From: Paraphysomonas bandaiensis | Lineage: Eukaryota > Protista > Chrysophyceae | NCBI GenBank assembly: GCA_965644295.1 | Contig: CBFFRP010000297.1 | Span: forward strand, 682,001-746,000 | DNA length: 64,000 nucleotides | Direction of reading: 5' to 3' | Shown here: positions 1-12,061 of the stretch, piece after piece | Numbering within the stretch: the stretch's first letter is position 1 | Layout of the letters: each line of letters begins with the position of its first letter | The notes under the pieces: model-generated | What the model saw: only the letters and a program-made list of their open reading frames with translations | What the model was told of the DNA's origin: nothing | Databases searched by the model: none | Made by a program: the position numbers and the translations under genes

Positions 1-850
1 AAACACTGTTAGAATACTCTACTATTCTCCTTGAACGTCATATCCGTTAGTGGCATATATCAATATTCGACCATACTTACTGCAAACATGAGTGAGACAG
101 ATTCAGACAGGGAGGAAGCGTTGCCTCAATAGTGAAGAGGAAGTGGCCGTATACGCCGACAGCCGGTTGTGTCTGTTGACTCCAATGCTGATAATGTATC
201 TGACTATAAGAAGAAACGAACAAAAGCAGGAATGAAAGCAGCATACAAGCAAACGTTGGCCATATTGTAGCGTGGTATTAAACAGAGTACCCTGAAGCTC
301 TAGATGATGATGAAAATTTGAAGATTCCATTCCCGAAAAGACATCTCTCTTGAGTACTTCTGTCATCTGTTTACCTAATATGAAATACCCTACTACATAC
401 ATCTATATGCATGTGGAAACTACTCAGTATTTTCTAACTAATCTTTGTATAAACTAATGTGAACTCACAATGTGATTTTATATCATAACCGAAGTGTATG
501 TTTCTAGTTCTCCCCACTGGAGTCTAATTGAACATTCAGCAGAATCTAACTTCTACTATCGTAACGTTGAATAAGTATGAGAGCAACAAAGTCTATATGT
601 ATATATGCGTTGTCTATATTATAACTGTTAAGTAAAAACAAAAGCAATATTGAAAATAAAAAGTCTAATGAGAATCTCAGCCGCGTAACATAGTATATCT
701 TTCGGGATCTTTAGTTTTACAAGATTTGTCAACATATTTGAGAGTAAATAAAATCTACACACTGACAGATATTTGGACATATACCATATGACATGCTAGG
801 GTTGACTACAAAATTTTTATTACTACATATATACTATTTTATAGGATGTG

Positions 851-3647
851 CTATTCATGGGCATTCTGTGATACAAGGGATTCACTTTGCTGAATGACGT
901 GCCGGGATATTTTCTTGATGCGCTTCTTTGCACCCATACCCACTGTCACTAAATCAAAATCTACAATTTCTCCCTGTGGAGTCAGAGTCCTCATCCCTTC
1001 GGATGCATGTACTAAGCGATGCCTCTTCATAAAGGGCCCTTTGCGTTGTGACGGTAGGGTTTCATTGATAAACCTAGAAATTTCCAATCGTCCTACAATG
1101 TCTCCAAATATGGCATTAGTGCACCACACAACATCAGAATCGGAACAAAACAAAGCTGCAGCTGCCATTCCATCACGACAATCTACAGCATTCAAGAAGC
1201 GTGCTAATAGTTCACGATCACTAAATCGAGATGAGTATGTAGTGTGGAGGAGTCTTTCGCTGGTATGAGATAATGGGGCACCAAGAAAGTCACGGTACAG
1301 CTTCTGTACTTCGGTATTTTCATGACTCCGCCGGGTAACTTGCTTCTCATCAATTAAGTATATTCCCGCCGCACGCTTAGACAGAATATTTTTGTCATCA
1401 CTTTTAGGCTCTCCACCACCGCCCAAGCAACCACCTATGCAGGCCATAACTTCTATGGCTACAAAACGTGACTTCCATTCATCAGTCTCCAGCATTCGTT
1501 GAGCTGAGGCAATACCATTGCACACTGCGACTTCACCAATACCAGGCACTGTGGCGACCTTTACTCCAGGTAATGTTCCACGCACTTCACGGAAGTCCAT
1601 TCTTGAGTTAGCTAGAGCGGGGAGCTCTTCAGAATTATCACTCTTTTCGTTTTTGACTCCTATGTCACTGACATTCTGTTCTGTATCATTTGCAACTAGA
1701 CACACAGCTGTGCGGAGTGCCGCTTCCATTACTCCTCCACTTGCCCCGAATATCTGACCAGCGCCTACATATGACCATAACGGGGTTATTACATTTTATA
1801 TATAATTCGACAAGGCGTTACACACGACCTAGACTAGGTGTACTCACAAGATTTACCTGTCGATTCTCCAATGGGACTATCAAATTGCCCTTCGTTGGGA
1901 AGCGAAGCAAACTGTATACCCCTCGCACGTATCATTCTAGCAAGCTCTCTGGTTGTTATAGCGACATCCACATCACCCTGCATGCCTGGACGTTCCACTT
2001 CATCTTTTTTTGCAGTGCAAGGCATAATGCTGACCACGAAAACCTCTTCATCGCCTTTCGAGAAAGAAGATACACTGTCTTCACTTGTCTGGTTTAGTTG
2101 TACACTGTGCGGAAACAAACCACGTTTGGCTACAGCACCAAGCATTTGCTGAGGACTCTTTGTGGTGCTCAGATGGGACAACAAATCTGGCCTATTAATT
2201 TCGACCCAGTTAATCCAACCCGGACAGCAGCTTGTAAACTGGGGAAGAGGCTTAGACTGAGCCTTTTCAACAACCGATTCGGCTGCAGTAGGACTGGAAG
2301 CCTCCTTTTGTAGACCCACCCTAGCCAATAGCTCATTGGCCTCTGTATATCAGTATCAAGAACAAGAAAAAAGTATAAATGAAATTCTGAAATATGAGTT
2401 GCTGCCTACTACGTACGCCACAAGTATTTACAGACAACGTACCTTCCATGATGGTGAGATCAGCAGTAAAATTAGTATCAAACACGAAATCAAAGCCGAG
2501 GCTTCTCAATGCACTCACCAGTCTACCAGTCTGAACAGATCCTACGACATTAAAGTTTTACACGCGGAGATAATGTGACCATGAAATACAGTAATCAGGT
2601 AACTCATTTCGCAACACTAACATTACCTACACACTGTGAACATACTTACCTGGAGCAAGCCCGAACTCTTCTGCAATAGCTACACGAGTGGCAGGGGCAA
2701 CCTATTCATACGATCCTACCTCAACTACAATGCTTATACGGCAATGACAAAACATGCAGTGTGCAGCAAAACATATATTCTATGAAAGAGACACTATTAA
2801 CATACGAATTGCATACCATGTAACTCGTAACAGAGACTGGAACAATAATGCAACATTGCACATAAGGTACCTGCACTGCTGTCTTTCTCCGTCTGTCTCC
2901 TAGAACCCTGAGAACTCTATGCCAATCTGGTCTTTCAGTGAGAGCACCCACTGGACAGACTGCAGTGCATTGACCGCAACTTATACAGTTTGTTTCATTT
3001 AGTGGCTTATCAAAAACTGTTACTGGGAGAGTACCTCTTCCCCTTTCGACAAAACCAATGCAGTTCTGATTCTGACCATTGGGTCCGTCACCACATGCCT
3101 GAACACATAGCCCACACTCAATGCACTTATTCATATCTCTTTGAATAGAAATAGAAGTATGGTCATGCAATTCGTGTTCAGGGTGGTGAACAGAATCTCC
3201 ACGATCAGATTTAGGCCATATATCATCCAACTGATCTGTCTGAACAATAGTCTGTAATTTACAACTGCCACTGACCTCACAACGTATGCATTCGTTAGGA
3301 TGGCGTGATAGCAGCATTTGGACATTCAGACGTCTAAACTTGATGAGCTCCTCAGTGTCTGTACATATCACGCTATTTTCTTGTAAAGATGTCGAGCAGG
3401 CGGGCTGTGGATGACTCATACCCTTAATATCCACAAGACACATCCGACAGACCGCATGAGCGGTGAATCTTGGATGGAAACAGAGTGTGGGTATATATAC
3501 ACCAGCAGATCGGATGGCATCTAATACAGTAGAGCCCTGAGGGACTGCAATCGATATACCATTTACACTAGCCGATATAGTGCCTAATGGATTAGACAGT
3601 GGTGTGGGTTTGGGTGGGATATGGAGAAGACGACGAATGATCGACAT
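851..3647 (-). CDS. HYDA: Long-form (M3/CpI-type) [FeFe]-hydrogenase with C-terminal SnoaL/NTF2-like extension; exons 3647-2871, 2701-2650, 2541-2443, 2342-1857, 1764-851
   Basis: N-terminal 2Fe-2S domain (IPTLC...CRMC...C), HPNECIRCEVSGSC His-ligated cluster and two CxxCxxCxxxC 4Fe-4S motifs. H-cluster motifs TSCCPGW, MPCTAKKDE and EVMACIGGCLGGGGEP. Small-subunit motif RRSHEN..LY..FLG.P.S...LLHT.Y. GT-AG introns join the exons in frame (VAPATRVAIAEEFG; STGAGQIFGASGGVMEAALRT). Confidence 0.95.
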
Positions 3648-4169
3648 GAATGGGTAGAGATCAGTACGATTAGTCCTATAGGCTTATGATATGAATCATC
3701 ATTCCATTGAAGGTTATGTGAGTATAGTCCTGATTAAGATTAAAAGGGAAGTGGATCATTTCACATACTTAAGAAGTGAAGTGAAGTTGTTGCAGTTGAA
3801 GGTTGAAGAGATAGGCTCTATTATATCGCACTTCGACTCGAAAACCATGGTATTTATATCTAGATGTCTTTGAAATACCTGATTTTTTAGGGTGGTTCTC
3901 ATCATTTACTGTAATACCTGGGATTTTATTAGAAACAAAGGATTTTGATAGAATCTTCATACTAATTTTTTACAATGGTGTTATGTACCATTCCCTGTCT
4001 GTACTCTCTGTATTATATGGACTGGTGTATGTATATGTACGTATAGTACAGCTGTGTGACTACCCAGCAATCCACCTCTCAATCCCTATCTGTCCACTTC
4101 ACTGACAAACACTTTCATTAATCAACACTTCATATATAATTCAATTACTCTAATACTGTATATTAAACT

Positions 4170-5439
4170 ATGGAAAACTCCGAATCACTTGCCACACTTC
4201 TTAATATCTTAAAGACTGAAAACTTCACTTTATCCAAACTACTTCATCGTAACAAAAATCAACATGGAAAGTCAAAATTACATCGACAACTAAAAATGGT
4301 GACTTTTTATTTAAATTTATATTAAAATTTTAACTAAGTTTTTTACAGATATTTATAAAAATATTAAAAATTGTTACACAAAGTGACAGTATTGAGACTA
4401 TTAATACACAAGTTCAGTACTCTGTACGACATCTTCATAAGTATGTATGTATGTATGTATGTATGTATGTATATATGTATCAGCTCATGTCTCTTATCTC
4501 ATAGCAGAGCCAGTAGTTCAACAGTTCATAGTGCTATTCAGTGTTATATTGGAGTTAATCAGATCGTAACGATGTCTGTAGAGTGTGTATTAGACTGTAG
4601 CAGTGCTGTCAGGTGGGATGAACTTTACATACATGTATATACGTACTAACACATACATCATACAGAGATATTCAACAACAGATATCTCAGTTGTTATTTT
4701 TACCTCTCTTTTCAGTGTATTTTGCATTACTTTCTCGTCTGTTTCATGCCTGTGTCTCTATAGCAGTGCATCATTTCAAAGCATTAGAAGTGCTGTTGAG
4801 CTCTCTGAAGGTATACAGAGCGACTTGTTCTCTATGTGTTTCATGAGGTTTTGTTCATAGGGTTGTGCAGCGGTATCTGCTCGCCATGGAGATGCTATAA
4901 ATAAAACATTGGCGTCATACCAGTTGGATGATCGCACTGTATCTGTTGTACGTGCTCTGATTGATCCACTTGATTGCACTCCAACCGATAAGTCGAATGT
5001 TGATCCTGACAGTACAATTGTCGAATCGAGCGAGATATCTGAACTTGAATCTCATTCTGTTATCACTCCCACAATGGAAGATACTGAAGAAGATTGCGGA
5101 GAGGATTTAGGACAGTCAAGCACTTCACCATATGCCTCGAACTTAGCCTTAAAGCGGACTTTAAAGTCTGCTGATACGACCCCCCATCTTCAACAGCTAT
5201 TCAATCCATCCCGTCTAAAAGCTGCAGCAAAAACTCCAATTGGAAAGCAACCTGTACTTAGCACCGGTAGTAAATCAACCACCTTATTAAGTAGTACCCC
5301 CACCCGGGATAGATTCGAAGAAAGGGTCTCATCTCTGAATAAAAAACGAAAAAAAGGAAGTGCTATTGAAGGAAGAGTTGTTACGCCAAAATTAAAGTCT
5401 AGTAGCGAGAAAAAAGTTAAAAAAAGCCGTGTATACTAA
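4170..5439 (+). CDS. NEPRO/RMP1-like (DUF4477) nucleolar protein, ~5 exons
   Basis: Exon 1 reads MENSESLATLLNILKTENFTLSKLLHRNKNQHGKSKLHRQLKM (the RNKNQH motif is typical of the family). A later exon reads FLPLFSVYFALLSRL, and the C-tail is Lys-rich. Confidence 0.6.
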
Positions 5440-5700
5440 TTAGAAAATGTGAAGAAGAAAATGATATTAGCCAATAGCTTATCGTTATACGGACTGCATG
5501 GTAGCGTTTGTATATAGAAAGCTAACTAACCGAGTTATATATATTAAGAAGTACAAGTAGCTAATGTTTTTGTAGCTAAATTGATATATTCTCTGAGCAA
5601 GTCTACGAATTGGACGTTTACTCTGTTCATTGTAAAAATATTTTTTAACACGATTACAGAATTCAACAATTGTTAGCTAGTCGATAGATGGTGATTTCCT

Positions 5701-6152
5701 CTCAACAAAGTCGGACTCACACCAGCCATTTCGTGGTGTTCTGGGGAAGTACAGGAGACATTTCACCGGGAAACTAGCGTGAGCGGCATATATAGTCAGC
5801 AGGTATTGTTCTGCCCACTCAGAGCCCAATGCTAGTGTGGTACAAGGGACACTAATAACATAAGTGTTACTTGTGTAGACATCTTTGGGCCTTGACGAAT
5901 AAACAGGCATCTGGGAATGGGCCCACCTCAAGGGCATCCGGGGTATTAGACTGCCTACTGAAGTCAAGCATCCGGGATATGTTAACCTTAAGGACAGAGA
6001 GCGGAAGTGGTTGCACCTTGGGGCTTGCGGTGACGCACAAGCAGCTTTCGTAGCGCCAAATAATAGGATATTGGAGTTAAGCACTAGTCAGTTATATTGC
6101 AATGCTGATTAGTTCTGACTCTTACACGCCTATTGCTAATAATGGGACATTC
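5701..6152. repeat. Copy 1 of unclassified ~450-480 bp dispersed repeat (begins CTCAACAAAGTCGGACTC)
   Basis: Clear similarity to 17581-17719 and 22846-23330. Confidence 0.85.
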
Positions 6153-6377
6153 ACTACTTATCGTGATTCTACCAAGAAATGGGGTTGTAATTTGTGAGTG
6201 GAGAGAATATAGGTCGGGACTGTGACATAATATTGCTCTGCGACGAGTTCATTTCTGAACATTCCAGTAGCTGGGTACTTGAAAAACTCGTACAGCGAAG
6301 ATATCGAAGACAATGTAATGTTAATACTTATAGCGCATACATCACAAAGAAACAGGAAAATATCGACGAATTTTTAA

Positions 6378-9300
6378 TCACACAAAACAGACTTTGGATA
6401 CTACTTTTTTAGTTTTTATAGGGCGAGACGACCGCCCAGTACTATTATTTCCGGAGCTATAGGATACTCCCTTCGCCGGATCACCAAAACTTTGCGCTGA
6501 CACCTCAGCGTCTCTCTCATCTTGAGATGTTCTTTCCCATATTTGTTGCTGGTGCTGCTGTAAATCTTGCGAACTACTTAATCGGGAATTGCCTGCGCTG
6601 CCAGGGTGGGTGGAACGCTTACTCCCCCCTGGGCTTCCAGGCTGCGGATGATGCTGGACTGTATCTGGGAGATGATGCTTCATACTAACAAAAGCTCCTG
6701 ATGGCTTGTGGACATCAATTGATGAGGATAGAGTAGGGTTGGGCTCTTCTTTCTCCTCGTCAATGTCGACAGGATAAACCTCGGTGTACTTAATAGGCTG
6801 TGGCTTCGGCTTCAATATATTCGCTGCAGGAGCGTCGTCGTGTGAAGAGGGGGACTCAGCTGTGTTTCCCACAGGGGTGTAGTCTTGAGACCTCTTCCCT
6901 GTAGGAATCTTCTTGTGTTCCGAAACATCCTTACCTTGGTCAAAATACGATATCGTGTCTTCTCCTGTAGAAGAATCTGCTGGAGATGGAGAAGAATCAA
7001 TTGGATGCACTCTACGTGGGCTGTTATATGAAAATATAGATGCTGCTTTCGTTTGCTGAGTAGGGGATTCCGCAGTCATGTCCGAATTCAGCTGCCTCTC
7101 GGTAGAAAATTGACGGTTTAAGACACGAGGAGCAGAGCTTGGACGACCATTAGAGGTACGTTTCAATAACTCAACCATCTTTACAGATGTATCTAGTGGC
7201 CCAATAGACGCCGCACAGTTATATAATTGTGACGCAATTAATGTCGTATTGGCTGCAACTCTATCATTGGTGGTTTCCCCATCTTCAACTTTCTCAGCAT
7301 GTGTATAGCGAAGAGCCTGCATAAATGCTAAAAACTCGGCGAAATCTATGCCACCAGAATTGTCTTTATCCACAGATCTCCACAGCTTTTGGAACTGTTT
7401 GTCGCTGACATCATTCCGCCCTGCAGCCTTCATGCCTAGCCTCAATTCATTCGAATCAATGACATTTCCGCCATTCAGATCAATAGCATTAAACACTTCT
7501 CGATACAGATTCACCGTGTGTGTATCCAGATCATGCTCTTCCGCAATCGCCGCCACCCTTCCATCTACCGATTCTGCTTGTTTCTGATCTTCCGTAGCTT
7601 CTTCCATACTCGTGGCCACCACACCAATAAAGAGAGTCAGCAACACGAGAGCACCCATTAATATAAACACAATGAAGTACAAAGAGGTGACAAGGAAATC
7701 GGGATTCGGGTTTTCACACAAGTGGGATATGTCATCGTACCCAATAACATCGCATCCGTAAAGGTTAATATAGAGGATATCAGTCCAGTTGTCCAGCGTA
7801 GAGCACTGGAAAAGTGTAATCATAGTCATGTGCAGCGTGCCAAAGTGCCATGGGTCATTCTGCGAGAAGAGAATCATTGCGATAATTCCAAAGAAATAGA
7901 AAAAAAGCAATAAGATGATGGATATGAATGTTATGGAGCTGAACCCTGACATCAAGGCCGAAACAATGACTTGAAGCTGAGGAAGCATCCGCATAAGCTT
8001 CAGTACTCGTAACAGGCGCAACAGCCGCAGCATTACAATTATAGAACCCCCACCAGATATATATGAACCGATAACAACAATAAAGTCGAAAGTATTCCAG
8101 TTGTTATTGAAATATAGCCAAGGGGTCAATTCTTCGGCAATGAGTTTAACTGCAACTTCTAGAGTGAATATATATCGAATAATAGCATCCAAGAGGACTA
8201 GTTCTCTGTGCATAACGCTCTCAATAGTAGCATCCGTACTGAGCCCAACTTGCACACCAGCAAGAATGATCACAAATGTTATAAAATTCTGGAACATAGC
8301 TGTTTCAGCAAGTTTTTCACATTCCTTCGAAAGCCACTTGTAGAACTGAATCACTTGATGGTTCTTTGAAGTGTCCTCGGATATGACTTCCACTTTCCCG
8401 TGACTAAAAGCCATCTCCACGAGAGCCCAGGAACGCCGTCTTCGTTTGTCAGTGTTCGCTTTGCTATCAAGTGTCCGCTCAGCCTGTTTCAGACGCTGAA
8501 GCTTTTTGAGCTTTTGTTTTTCATCCTTCATAGTGTTCATACTCTCAGACATGCTCACCGTGATTGCACCGACAAAAAGAGAGAGCATGCTGAATGAACA
8601 AATGAAAATGAATGACACAAAGTAGACCATGCTCAGTGCTGGCTGAGCCTTGTTGTCACACAATAGTGGGGCGCCCAACTGGTCGGACTCAACTTCTTCC
8701 TCTGAGTTCACGTACAAACCGCCGGAATAGTGTGCACATCCATAGTAGTTAATGTAGAACATGTCCGCCCAATTCTACATTGACTGTTAGTTGCAATGAC
8801 AGCAAAATAATATACAAATCAAATATGTTCATGCATCACACCAATGAAACCGTACCGATAAAGTTGACAGTCGAAAGAGGGTTGTCAAGCTAATAGCAAT
8901 GGAGCGAAAATGCCATGGGTCGTTCTTGCGGAAGAAGAATATTCCAGCAATAGCATAGAGATAAAACACCAGGAGGAGCAGAATTACGATATACACGATC
9001 GACTTGAGACCTCCCATGAGACCAGTCATAATCATACGCAACTGAGGAACTTTGCGGAACACTTTAGCAAGACGCATGAGGCGAACCAGTCGAAGGAAAG
9101 CAACTTGACCACTGCCCACAGGGATGAATGGCATTGAGAAAACTACAATGAGAAAATCAAAGTTGTTCCAATGCCATTCCAATCCAGTCCAGTAGTTAAT
9201 GGGATTCATTCCTTCACTCATGACTTTAAGAAGTATTTCTAATGAAAAGGAAGCTAAAATAAAGTTATCCAGAACATTGATAATAGCGTTATCTTCCATG

Positions 9301-9668
9301 CTGGGGTACGTCTGCGCGCCTACCAATATGCCAGCGACCAGAATACATATAAATATTACATTATTGAAAGTATCAGTCTGCACAATATCCTCGGCATGGC
9401 GACACATAAGAATGTATTCTCTGATAGGAAAAGAACGATTGGTAGGATCCAAACTCTGTGAGATATACACATATATGAACATACAGTGAGCTCATTGGAG
9501 TTCGATAACACTTACGCGAACATGTTTCGCATGTCGTTCCATCTCTCTCGCCTCCTTGAGAATACTGGCTGTATACTCCTCCTTTTTCTCTTTCTTATCA
9601 ATCTCATTCTCTACTTTATCTTGTTCAGCACTGAACTTTACAGCCGCATTAATACGACTGAAAAACAT
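6378..9668 (-). CDS. Two-repeat (2x6TM) voltage-gated Na/Ca-type channel with C-terminal EF-hand pair; 3 exons
   Basis: Two Ion_trans repeats with S4 segments LRLVRLMRLAKVFRK and LRLLRLLRVLKLMR. Pore filters TLSNWAD (across a splice junction) and TLDNWTD. EF loops DLNGGNVIDSNE and DKDNSGGIDFAE. Exon 1 runs 9668-9516 (MFFSRIN...KHVR|gtaag). Confidence 0.88.
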
Positions 9669-10427
9669 TCTACTATAGTGCTATAGGGGGGATAAGAAGA
9701 GATAGAAGATCAATAGAATGATAATGGAGTACTGTCAGAGGCAAGCCATGTGCCCTGCAGTGTAAATAGAGGGAGATAACCCTCCTATATAAGTATATGG
9801 AGACTTGGACGTGTATATATGTATGTATGCATGCATGTGTGTGTATGTATGTATGTGTATGTGGAGTGGGCTCATATCCACTTCACTCACAACACTTCAC
9901 TCATATATTGACTGACGGGACATAAGCGTCACAGACGTACCGTTGCACATCCTTTCAGTGATTTCATTGGCTGAAAACGAAGAAAGTTCGTACTTCAAAC
10001 TAGTACCATTATACTGAAAAAGGAGGATTTTAGGAAGATTCTTCTAAAAATAGGGATATTATCCCAATAACGGGATATTAGATTGGGATCATTGCGATTT
10101 TCAAAACGAAATTTTAAGCTACACTAGTTGGGAAATTTCATGATTTCCCATCCCATGATGCTAAAAAAGGGAGATTTTATGAAAATTCTTGAAAAAATGT
10201 GGGGTATTATTGTAAATAATTGTGGTATTTTGTAGATTACTAAGAGTGTGATATTTACAGCCAGAAATTTGAGAAATTTCAGGATTTTGGGAAATGAATA
10301 TTTCAGTAAAGTATCCATCAACACACTTCGACATCATCCATACATACATATACATGCATAGTCATCTAGATGATAGTCAGATCCACATTAATGAGGCCTG
10401 TATGTATCCACATCATCAATCACTGAG

Positions 10428-11808
10428 ATGTCAGATAGAAAAAGAGTGTGGAAAGAGATTAATCATAGTGAGGATGAAGTGATCTCAAAGCGTTTATGTA
10501 TACAAACAAGAAGAAGTAACTGTGATAATGTGACGATGTTATGTGAGTGGATTAGAGACCACAAGGATCCATCTGTCTCTTCATTATATCATTATCAAAC
10601 TGATGAATTTGTTTTACCGATTCCATCCGATACTCTCATTGAGTTCTTTTATCATATATGTTTTGGAAGCACATCTTCAGATACAAACATATCAACAGAC
10701 AGATATGCACACAACTCCACTCCACATATATGTAATGCTACAACTATTGAGAGTTATCATAATGCCATCAAGTCACTCTATCAGGAAGCTGGGATGAGTC
10801 ATATGTTTCCTGATGATGACATTTCCTTGCTAATTGCGAGGTACAAGAAAACTATTGCTGACAAGAGTGCTGTGGGTCAAGCGCGCACATCTACTGGGTT
10901 TAAGAATATCCCAGATGTTGTAGTGGAAACAACAGGTACGAGATGTGTAAGCAACTTAACGCAGATAATTTTATTTCTAGAGCTTACTGAGGACAACCGA
11001 CTGACTAAAAGGGTAGCAGACCTGGAAAAAGAAATATGTCGACTGACTGACGAAATCAAACGCCGACATGAAGATGACACAACCAAGACTGAGCTATTAG
11101 TTCGCAAATTATCAGGTTAGATAATTGTGGGTAAAGTGAATTGTATGTGACTGTTGTTTAGTAAAAATTGCAGACGATATGGTCAAAAAATATCCTACCA
11201 GTGGTGTTCGTTCCGTGCCTAGCTCTGATAGTGATGCTCCGTTGGCGACTGTCGCTGATTTGGACAGATGCCTTCGACAGTTTTCTAGCGAAATGACTAA
11301 GAGACTTGAAGATCTACTAAGTAGAGTGAGTGGTGCAACTACTACTAGTACTACTACAAGTCCTAATCAAAACATCCACCGAGAAGAGGAGACTACGAGT
11401 AGCGCTGAATGGAGTCCGTTTATGTGGGGTGGTGGTCTGCACTGGATACCTGAGAATTATGTTTTCCCTGCGATAACTGTTAGACAGCTCTGGAATAGAT
11501 GGTTGTATGGGAATAAGGCTGAAGGTATTTGCCCGTATCGATTGGTAGGTATGCAATCGATTTCATCTTCTCAGAAGCCGAAGTTCAGCAAGGCAAAATA
11601 TGTTATGGATATATTGCTGAAGATATGCGAAGATAAAGGCTACGGGTCAGCGTCTGAAATATCTAAGATCTCCAATACGCTTACTAATAAGTTATTCAGC
11701 GAGAGTTTTATTGCCGCAGTGGGTAGTAATGATGCTATGTCCAGCAGACTCGCTGAGCTGTCCTACATAACAGTTTACAACAAACTGAAGAAAATCGAAA
11801 ATAATTAA
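10428..11808 (+). CDS. Crypton-like gene: recombinase core-binding-like segment, coiled coil and C-terminal GCR1_C-like domain, without a visible tyrosine-recombinase catalytic domain
   Basis: TIESYHNAIKSLYQE helix; FMWGGGLHWIPENYVFPAITVRQLWNRWLYGN...ICPYR motif resembling stramenopile Crypton C-termini; intron near 11116-11161. Confidence 0.55.
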
Positions 11809-12061
11809 GCACAAAGTTATATATATGACTAAGTTGAATAACTTTCCCCTGTAATGTATCGATACATAATAACCAATGAAACGTATACGAATTCTTTTTA
11901 ATCAACACATGAAGAATAGACTAATATGAGGGTTATTGGTATTTTATTGGTTTAGTATCATGAACCCGACTTCACAGCAAATATTTAATGTGGTGTATTT
12001 TTATTGCTAGGATATAAATCGATTTATATATTATCAAATTTACGTTAAAACATATAAGCTA

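Noticed and set aside
103-402. 99-aa minus-strand ORF at the window start
   Set aside because: No recognisable motif; may be an exon of a gene leaving the window but cannot be supported.
851-3647. Nar1/NARF hydrogenase-like protein
   Set aside because: The full F-cluster domain and catalytic TSCCP/PCxxKKxE motifs indicate a true hydrogenase.
5677-6084. 135-aa ORF within the dispersed repeat; hammerhead, twister or HDV ribozyme
   Set aside because: The frame is not conserved in the other copies, and no complete ribozyme core was found by eye.
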